From Octopus sinensis (lineage: Eukaryota), in the NCBI RefSeq assembly GCF_006345805.1, contig NC_043009.1:49600001-49664000 (forward strand): a DNA stretch of 64,000 bases, in the 5' to 3' direction. The translations under genes and the position numbers were made by a program. A model generated the notes under the pieces. That model was not told the DNA's origin. It saw nothing but the letters and a program-made list of their open reading frames with translations, and did not search any database. Positions 54,291 to 64,000 of the stretch are shown one piece after another. Position 1 is the stretch's first letter. The number at the start of each line of letters is the position of its first letter.

Positions 54291-56377
54291 AGCTGTATTT
54301 GAGGGACAAATTAGGTTGTTTGATAAATACATAAATAAATCTTTCTATTCTCTGCCACCACTCCATTCCCAGGATATTCTATCTGATGGCATATCTCAAT
54401 AGCTTATCTGGGGAGAGATGGAGAGAGAGACAGAGGATAGAGAGAGAGAGAAAAAGAGAGAGGATAGAGGGAGAGAAAAAGAGAGAAGAGAGAGAGAGAG
54501 AAGGGCAGAGCAAAGACAACTTCGCTTGTTGAACTTTTATAAATAGTGAATTAATGCAATTTGCTTGTAGTTTGTTGTTTAGCTGAGACCAGGGCTATAT
54601 TATATAGTTTAGCTGATGATGATGATGTAATGTTACTTAGTGGAACTTGTCATCAGCAGTGTTAATTATTCGGGTGGAAGGGAGAGAAGACAAGAACAAG
54701 AGGTATTTATAGTTGTCCCTGATAAAAACTAAACTACTTACTCTCGTGGTTCCTAGTTTAAATAAGAGTCCAGTTACTTTGCTGCGCCAATAAGCAGGGC
54801 AAATGTACAACAAAAACAAACAAATAAATAAATAAATAAATAGATGAAAAGAAACTAAAATTCTGCAAAAATATAAACAAATAAAACCAACTCCTCTTTC
54901 TACATAAACAGCACTGTGGGGGTGCCTGAGTATTGAAGAGGAAATTGCTATTAGAAAAGCTTTGGTGTCAGTATACACATACAGGGAAAGGAGAATTACA
55001 ATATGATACAATACGATTATTATCATTAATTTTGTCTAGCCACAACAGTAGTAGTAGTAGATGACTTAATACGCAAAGAAATGATCTTTAGTATAGAAAG
55101 CAAGAAATCAGATCCAAAAGGATGGAACTTCAGAAATTAGACCAATTCTAATGCACCAGAAATGCTAAAACAAGTTTATAACATAAATATACATATAAAA
55201 CCTTAAGTATTTTTACTTCCTCTTTCTTTTTTTTGAGGGGAGAGGTTGGGTATGAAGATGTGAAATGTTAGGATGTTCATGCCTTTGCCAAGTACACTTA
55301 CAAGTCAAGTGAAGTGCATGAAACATCTCCTCCTACTGGAAATTGTAAACCAAGTCATAGATAACACTGAAATGAGCTGTTTCTTTAATGTATAAATAAA
55401 TAAGTCAGTGATGGAACTTCCATGTGGTCACTCACGCAACCTGCTAGTAATAGCAACTAAATTTCCATCAAATCACACCATAGGGAAAAAGGGAAAATAC
55501 ACACACTTGGCAATGTAGTCCATGATATACAAAAAGACAACAGATACACCCAGAACACCTATGATCATAGGTTTACAATAGGTAAACCATCAAGATCAAA
55601 GCCCTACTGGAACACTGCCTTCAAATACATACACACATACATCTATGTGTATGTGTGTGTGTTGCCTTTAACTACTGGGCCTTTTAAAATGTTCTAGCAG
55701 TACACTGATGAGCATGATAAAATTGCACATATCTAGTAACAATTGTTGTTGCCATTTAGCTCAAGATCCACCCAGATTGACCAGATCTATGATCAAGGTC
55801 AGTCAAGTAATAACTGTTCCATCTTCATTTTATTAAGCAAAATATAGCTGGGACAGCGACTGCTCAACATTTTCTTTTATTTCTTTCAAAGTAGTAAGAC
55901 ATGATTCATGAGAAATCTTGCTTCAATTTCTAGCAGATCGAGGAACTACACAGAGGCTCACTTAGTCTAAAGAAACCAAGTATGTGTATCTACAGGAATT
56001 TTAAGTAGTTGTTAAGTAACAATGAAAACGTAGAAACATAAGAAAAAGAGAAGTAACAGGAGTCATCCTTAAGAAGCCAGCACACGCTGTTCTTTAGTTA
56101 AAGTGTAGGATGTCATTGTAAAATAGCTGCAGGTTTTACTTGTCTGAAACAGTCAATAATAACATGTTTTATGGCTTATTTTTCTACTAATAAGTCACAA
56201 CAACACCTTTTAGTGGAGCTCATCACCAGATATCAACAATGATGTGAAAATTAATTTGAAGATACAGTTTTCTGTTATCATTATTCTGAGGTAGCAGTGA
56301 GTAGAAGCAATAAATAAAGCTTGGCTTACAAATATCTAGCTATGTTTAATATATTCTTTTTATTTTTTTTTTTTTAT

Positions 56378-56732
56378 TTGTTTCAATCACTTGACTGTGG
56401 TCATGCTGGAGCACTGCCTTTAAGTCAAGCAAATCGACCCCAGGACTTATGCCTTGTAATCCTGGTACTTATTCCATCGGTCTCTTTTGCCAAGCTGCTA
56501 AGTTACGGGGATGTAAACACACCAGCATTGATTGTCAAGCGATGTTTGGGGGGGGGGCACGACAAACACAGACAGACAGACACACACACACACGCATACA
56601 TATATATAGTACAGGCTTCTTTCAGTTTCCATCTACTAAATCCACTCACAAGGCTTTGGTTGGCCCAAGACTATAGTAGAAGACACTTACCCAAGGTGCT
56701 ACACAGTGGGATTGAACATGAGACCACGTGGG
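56378..56732 (-). mobile_element. SINE family A copy, head truncated at the concatemer junction
   Basis: Reverse complement of the 20331 element from its tail through ...GAGACCACGTGG, where it stops abruptly before 28 bp of filler and the 56761 array. Confidence 0.8.
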
Positions 56733-56760
56733 TGTAAATTGAACTTTGCAACTTTGCAAA

Positions 56761-57828
56761 AGAGGAGACATTGGATAATATAATCTACCATAAGGTACAA
56801 GGCCTGAACTTTTGAGAGAGGGATTAAGTTGATTACATCGACCCCGAATGCTCAACAGGTACTGACCTCAGCAGAATTTGAACTCAGAACATAAAGACAG
56901 ATGAATGCTGGTAAGCATTTTGCTTGGTATGCTAACAATTCTGCCAGCTTGCCTTCTTCTTGAATAATATCACTCAGTAGAGGAGGACAATTAAAAGTCT
57001 ACTGCTGGAGAATAGGTAGTGAGGTCCTTCATACAAAGAAGGCAACCTTCAAATTAATCAGGATACTATGCAGGAAAAAACTAAAAAAACTTATCTGTCA
57101 TTTATTTAAGCATTACTGAAGCTATTGAGAGACCTGCTAGAAATAGAAGCCAAATTCCCATCAAACCATACCACAGAATCTTTTTTTTCATTAAAAAAAA
57201 AAAGAGGAGACATTGGATAATATAATCTACCATAAGGTACAAGGCCTGATTACATCGACCCCGAATGCTCAACAGGTACTGACCTCAGCAGAATTTGAAC
57301 TCAGAACATAAAGACAGATGAATGCTGGTAAGCATTTTGCTTGGTATGCTAACAATTCTGCCAGCTTGCCTTCTTCTTGAATAATATCACTCAGTAGAGG
57401 AGGACAATTAAAAGTCTACTGCTGGAGAATAGGTAGTGAGGTCCTTCATACAAAGAAGGCAACCTTCAAATTAATCAGGATACTATGCAGGAAAAAACTA
57501 AAAAAACTTATCTGTCATTTATTTAAGCATTACTGAAGCTATTGAGAGACCTGCTAGAAATAGAAGCCAAATTCCCATCAACCATACCACAGAATCTTTT
57601 TTTTCATTAAAAAAAAAAGAGGAGACATTGGATAATATAATCTACCATAAGGTACAAGGCCTGAACTTTTGAGAGAGGGATTAAGTTGATTACATCGACC
57701 CCGAATGCTCAACAGGTACTGACCTCAGCAGAATTTGAACTCAGAACATAAAGACAGATGAATGCTGGTAAGCATTTTGCTTGGTATGCTAACAATTCTG
57801 CCAGCTTGCCTTCTTCTTGAATAATATA
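56761..57828 (+). repeat. Tandem concatemer A-B-A'-B-A, unit about 442 bp
   Basis: Unit starts AGAGGAGACATTGG at 56761, 57203 and 57618. The second unit has a 25-bp deletion between TGA direct repeats; the third unit is partial. Confidence 0.95.
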
Positions 57829-58218
57829 GGGTTAAACTTTCTTTTCATTCCTCTAACAATACCAGTCATATATTGAGATCAGTCTAATACCCACTCTGCT
57901 TGAAAATGAAAGTGTATAGCTTTAATCCAAAGTTAAAAACGATTATTATATGTAATTAGAAATTAAAGTGTCACGCTACATGCCCAAAAGTAATTAACAA
58001 AAGTTATAATGATTAGGGTACCCAAGGACAAAACTTACCAGTCATTCATTTAAGTATCTATAGTCAGTGTTCAAATTCCAACAGGCTCAAACTTTGCCTT
58101 TCATGGAAATAGAATAAACCTTAAATTCGCTATCTTATGTCAGTCTAAGAGAACACACTAATTGTTTTTACCACCACCACCATCATCGTCATAATAATAA
58201 TTATCATTATTACAGAAG

Positions 58219-58431
58219 AGAGGAGAGCTGGTAGAATTGTTAACACACTGAGCAAATTGCTTAGTGGCATTCCCTCTCTCTTTATGTTCTGAGTGCAAAT
58301 TCCGCCTCAACTGACTTTGTCGTTTATCCTTTCGGGGTCAATAAAATAAGTACCAGTTGAACTCTGGGGATGATGCAATTGACTTAACCCATCCACTGAA
58401 ATTGCTGACCCTGTGCCAAAATTTGAAATCA
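58219..58431 (+). mobile_element. Full-length SINE family B copy
   Basis: GAGAGCTGGTAGAATTGTTAACAC...TTCTGAGTGCAAATTCCGCC...TCCTTTCGGGGTCAATAAAATAAGTACCAG...CTGTGCCAAAATTTGAAATC. Confidence 0.75.
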
Positions 58432-58970
58432 TTATTACAGAAGAAATGAGCCAAAATAAAGGAGTTTGCAACCTACTAGAAACCATGACCATGTTTTTTC
58501 CACACCCCACTATATATAAAAAAAAAGGGGGAAGGACATATTAAGTAATGTAATCTGAGATGGTCATGGGTGGAATATCTTTAACGATGGGTGTGTCTGT
58601 TCAGTGAGGGTTGACACAGGGCTAAACAATAATATCATCATCATCTCATATTGCAGAAAGGACAACTCTACATCTATTATTCACTATCACCATCACCATC
58701 ATCATCACTACATCCAGCACTCTCATACAAGAAAACGGATCATGTTTGTTGATATCTTCTAATCTGTTAATAAGAGGCAGAAATAAGTTATGTGATCCAG
58801 ATGGTAAGTTATATAACCGGAGATCTTACATATGTGATAAATATGAGAGGAGAGGATTATGCCGTGCTGCGGTTAGTGTGGCATGGTGAGGTATGTGGAG
58901 GTGTGGTGTGGTAATTGTATAAGTGGTGATAATGATACATTTCATAACAAACCATGTGACTTAGAGAAAA

Positions 58971-59002
<32 letters not shown>

Positions 59003-59447
59003 TGTGTGTGTGTAAAGCTACCCTTTTGGGTAACAAGCTTAATGCACTCACATGAACAACCCACAACATAAACACACAAAACAATGCTGAAACAGATATA
59101 AAAATAGTCTCCTTTCTACATATTAACAAACAATACCATTATTATTATTACTATTATTATTATTATTATTATGCAGAAAGAAAAAACAATAGAAACAAAA
59201 AACAAACATAAAACACAGAAGGTTAATTATGACTAATTAAAGTCCAAACTAAGCCAGCTGATACAACAGGTAATCATGACATTTCTGTCAGGATGAGTCT
59301 TTACAAAAAGGTTAACAAAATAATAAAAAAAAAAACATGAAAAAAAAAAAAAAAAGAAGCCTGGTAATAATACAGTTGGCTGAGTGGATGATGTATATTT
59401 AGACTATCAGTTCCTGGGTCAAGAGTTCATATCCAAGCATTTTAGTT

Positions 59448-59896
59448 ATATCACTCAGTAGAGGAGGACAATTAAAAGTCTACTGCTGGAGAATAGGTAG
59501 TGAGGTCCTTCATACAAGGAAGGCAACCTTCAAATTAATCAGGATACTATGCAGGAAAAAACTAAAAAAACTTATCTGTCATTTATTTAAGCATTACTGA
59601 AGCTATTGAGAGACCTGCTAGAAATAGAAGCCAAATTCCCATCAAACCATACCACAGAATCTTTTTTTTCATTAAAAAAAAAAAAAGAGGAGACATTGGA
59701 TAATATAATCTACCATAAGGTACAAGGCCTGAACTTTTGAGAGAGGGATTAAGTTGATTACATCGACCCCGAATGCTCAACAGGTACTGACCTCAGCAGA
59801 ATTTGAACTCAGAACATAAAGACAGATGAATGCTGGTAAGCATTTTGCTTGGTATGCTAACAATTCTGCCAGCTTGCCTTCTTCTTGAATAATATA
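59448..59896 (+). repeat. Single B-A copy, probable template of the 56761 concatemer
   Basis: Near-identical to the array but starts at ATATCACTCAGTAG (B) and ends at TTCTTGAATAATATA (A). Confidence 0.95.
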
Positions 59897-61681
59897 ATAA
59901 TATAATCTTAGCTACACAAACATGCTTCAATGATGGTATGATGGTCATGGTTGGAATGCTTCTGATCATTGAGTTGCTTGATATGATTTGATCTGAGGCT
60001 ATGAACAACAATGAAGGAACCACTAGTCGCCTGGTTTGCTAGAAATAGCAGCCAATTGACCTCTCAAAATCAATGTACCATCTTTAAAACAGGAATGACA
60101 CATTGTTAATGTCCTGGATAAACTATAATTTGATAAAAAGACAGGATGGTCATGGTAGTAACGTCTTTATCATAGATCTGTTGGGTCATGGCTGACTTGG
60201 ATCTACAAACAACCAACAATCTTGGCACTAGAAAACCAGAGTCGATTCAATGAACCTTTGTAAATGGACTAAGTTAACTAATGAGCTGAGCTTCAATTGT
60301 TGTAAGACTTACCTATCTAGACAGGCACTTATCATAAAAACATCTACCTGCCTCTCTTCTTCTTCAACTCCGACAACTACATACATAAATGATTTCAGTT
60401 CAATTACTTTCTTGATACATCGCCATAGCAAAGGGATAGAACCTAACAACTAGGAAAGAACATAATGTTATAGGGAGTTAGTTGCAAACTAGAAAGAGTC
60501 GGTGTAATAATAATAGAGGCTGGCGTTACCCAATAGGTCAGTCAAAGATAAATTCTAAGTTGTTACCGAAGAATGCAACTATTCCCCACTCCGCGCACAT
60601 ACACATAGAATCACTGCTACTACATATCGCACTTCCTCCTATCCAATCTCATAACTATTGCCAACTAGCACCTCTGCTGTCAGTTAGAAAACAATAAATA
60701 AATCTCAGCCCACCACTCACTTAACCACCACCACCACCACCACCGTCGCCGCCACTACCACTACCATCACTATCTTGAACCCCTTCCTTTCTCCTCATAT
60801 CCTTGCATGCCAGTAATAAATCTCATAAGAAAATCTCTCTATGTATGTCTTGCATTCTGAGAAAATACTTTCTCGTGCAAGCAAGTTTATGTATGTATGT
60901 TTTTCATGTTATTATTATATCTATCTTTTCTTTTTTTTTTTTTTTTTTTTTTTACTGCAGAATCTTCTTAAGTGATTCCAGAAGGATTTCCAGAGCTTTT
61001 AAATAAAAGCGGTAGAAACCGGTAAACCTTAAACGATAAGAGACAAAAAGATTAATTCTTCAATTTACTGAACTACTAGTTTGATCTATCACTTTGGTAC
61101 GAGATAAAACGGGAGGAGAACATACACTTTCACCTCAGAAATAACCTTCTTACAGAAGAATTTTGCCACAAAACATGACGGCATCTGCAGATTGAAGAAA
61201 ACTCAAATCTATTTGCAAACTGCAAAAGCAAAGTTTGTGCTTGGAAGTGGCTGGCATGATCTTTAAAAACTTGATATTAAGGATAGAGAACATTGGAGAT
61301 GCTAGCAATAAAAATAACTATAGACATATGTAAAACTTCTCTGCCAAAGCTGAAATGAAAGGAGTGAGATTTCGGTAATGTCTGGGATTATGTAACGAGT
61401 GGAAATAACAATCAATTAATAAGAAATTGAATATCTGTAATGAACTCTTTGAAAGGATTAACGAGACGAAGAACACACTTAAAGTTCCATTTAGGGAGAG
61501 AAAAAGAAGGGAAGAAGTTATAAAAACGGTTTTATATATATATATATCCATATATAAACAAACATATACACAGACATATATAAACATGTTGTACAAATAG
61601 AAGGAAGTTAAGCAGCATATCTTGAAAACAATATTGCTTCATATACTTAGCAATTGAATATTAACCCAACCAAAATATTAC

Positions 61682-61748
61682 CACAGGCTTGGCTGCATGG
61701 CTTATAAATTTCCTTCCTAAAAACATTCTCCTTTGGGTGAACCAATGC
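61682..61748 (-). CDS. Candidate 67-nt exon, HWFTQRRMFLGRKFISHAAKPV
   Basis: gatttgcttgtttcacaag|GCATTGG...AAGCCTGTG|gtaata. Phase 0 end is compatible with the 49238 acceptor. Lies within the 147-aa track ORF 61647-62090 but is read here in another frame. Weak. Confidence 0.2.
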
Positions 61749-62599
61749 CTTGTGAAACAAGCAAATCAATGTCTTGTGTAAGACAAAATTTAGCAGACAA
61801 AACCTGTGCAGAAGTCTGTTCAGAGTGCATGCATGTCTATACATAATAGTGGCAGGTGGTAGGATCAGTGGTGGAACTTGGAACAAAAATGTCGAGCTGG
61901 TATTTATTAATGCTCCTTTATAGTCAGGGTGGGTGTTGCTTTTCATCTTACCAAAGTTTTCAATGAAAAAAGTGTGCAACAAAGTACTGAGGTTAATATA
62001 ATTGCCTAAAGCTTTATAAGATGGAACCCCCAGTATGGCAGCAGTCCAATGACTGAAATCAGTGAAAAGAGTAACTATTATCGATAACATTCAATATCTA
62101 TGAAATACCATGGGAATTAGATTAATATCCACAATGATACCAAAGATCAGTCATAACTAATATTTATTTTAAAATATTTTTTCCCCCTCTCTCTGCAGAC
62201 TGATGCAAATAAAACCATAAAAGTAAAAGACACTTCTCTGCATAGTACACAAACTTATTGTATTTTATAAATTTTATTAACTTATTTTGCCAATGCAGTT
62301 TCTCTGCTTTTCATTTAACAACTGATTTTTTATAATCCTCGTCATATGTAAAACTTATGCAAAGGGGGAAAAAAACTAAAAGGATGAATGGAATGAAATT
62401 CTCAAAGAATGAAGAAAATTTTGTTCACTGTGGTAGACACAGAGACTCTATGATTAAAAAAGCTTAAGATATTTTAATATATATGGTAGTATTAAATTGT
62501 CCATATCTATGTAAACTGCCATTTCCTTCTATCAAATTTGTATGAGAGAGTATGCAGCTGTAGGTATGTTTGCATGTGTGAGCAAATCATATTAAATAT

Positions 62600-62671
62600 G
62601 TGTGAGTGAGTGTGTATGTATATGTGTGTGTGTGTGAGTGTGTATGTATATGTGTGTATGTGTATATATAT

Positions 62672-62734
<63 letters not shown>

Positions 62735-62748
62735 ATATATATATATAT

Positions 62749-62789
<41 letters not shown>

Positions 62790-62801
62790 ATATATATATA
62801 T

Positions 62802-62860
<59 letters not shown>

Positions 62861-62985
62861 GTGTGTGAGTGAGTGTGTATGTATTTGTGTGTGTGTGTAT
62901 ATGTATGTATATATATATGTGTGTGTGTGTGTGTGTATATATATTTGCATATGTATATAAATATGTATGCGTATGTAGGCATGTT
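62600..62985. repeat. TA/TG microsatellite with a higher-order repeat
   Basis: Directly visible. Confidence 0.9.
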
Positions 62986-63938
62986 GTTATTCTATACTAT
63001 ATGTAAATATATGAGAGTATACTGTTTCTAAGCAGCTATATGTTGAATTGTGTGTGTGTGTGTCTATGAGAGAGAGAGAGAGTAAGGGAGCGAGAGAGAT
63101 GGGAGAGAGAAAGAGATAGGGATAAGAAAGAGAGAGAGATGGATATAAATGTTAGGGTATTACATGGCTGTGCACATCATTATTTTACAGACATGCATAT
63201 GTGTGTGTGTGTATATGTGTGAAGGTACATATGATACTAAGTGTGAGGTTGTACTTCAGCTTTATGTAAGTGTGTGTATGTGTGCAAGTATGTATGATAT
63301 TATGTGTCTAGCGCAGATATAGCTGTATGTGTATATATTTCTTTGTCTGTATACTTCATAAATATGCATAATACTAGTGTGTGTATATGCAAACTTTCTG
63401 CAGCCTTGCATGCATATATCCAAATCTGAAAATTGTTACAGCTGTGTCCATGTATGTCCATGTATGTGTGTGCATATGTGAGAGAGAGTGTAGTTGCTAA
63501 AACCCAGCTTCCTAATCCTCGTTCCAACACTAAAGCTTATATATCCAACCTTCAGAGAGGAAAGTCTGGTGTGACTCACCAAAGATGTGAAGATGTCGCG
63601 TACAGTTTAAGGATCCGAAGACTATTCCTATCAATCCGTAATGGTTTCTAATGTGAAGAGACAACACAGTACAAATGAGAGAAAGAGGGAAGGAGAATAG
63701 CTGGGGAGAGGAGAAATAGAAGCGAGGTAGGTAGGTAGGTGGTGATGGTAGTCTGATCTGAACAGGATTTTGAGGACATCTTGAAAGCCCTTTAATTTTG
63801 TCTAAACCTAGATAATAAGAGGTTCGTATTTCATAACAAGAAAAACTATGGCAAAGAAAACACACACACAGGAAATCTAATTATTGACTAAAATAATTTT
63901 ATTGCTAGGCACACCATGTTTCTCTCTTTCTCTTCATG

Positions 63939-63970
<32 letters not shown>

Positions 63971-64000
63971 TAGTTGTGTGTGTGTGTGTATGTATGTATG

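Noticed and set aside
56761-57828. Tandem array as a CRISPR-like or satellite array
   Set aside because: Eukaryotic context, 442-bp units, no unique spacers; only about 2.5 copies of local mosaic sequence.

Overview
AT-rich eukaryotic (metazoan) genomic DNA, very rich in microsatellites. The SINE families present and the density of (TA)n/(CA)n/(AAT)n/(GAT)n tracts suggest an octopod cephalopod such as Octopus; this is inference from my recall of those families, not a database match. Nearly all ORFs in the supplied track are microsatellite artefacts. The window is mostly intronic/intergenic. It contains at least four interspersed SINE-like families, 3'-end fragments of a CR1-clade and an RTE-clade LINE (the RTE with a 9-bp TSD), a piggyBac-type MITE with TTAA TSDs, and two very recent local duplications. 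A few short minus-strand exon candidates can be spliced in frame into the C-terminal part of an unidentified protein; the best is 46100-46197. The most notable observations are: (i) an A-B-A-B-A concatemer at 56761-57828 that is a circular permutation of a single-copy B-A segment at 59448-59896, closed through a 4-bp microhomology; (ii) a textbook recursive-splice-site motif (polypyrimidine-AG|GTAAGT) on the minus strand at 2867/2866; (iii) many closely spaced inverted SINE pairs that could form dsRNA. I found no rRNA, intact tRNA, CRISPR array or intact autonomous transposon, and no clearly novel multi-gene system. Repeat boundaries were read by eye and are approximate unless a TSD or junction is quoted.
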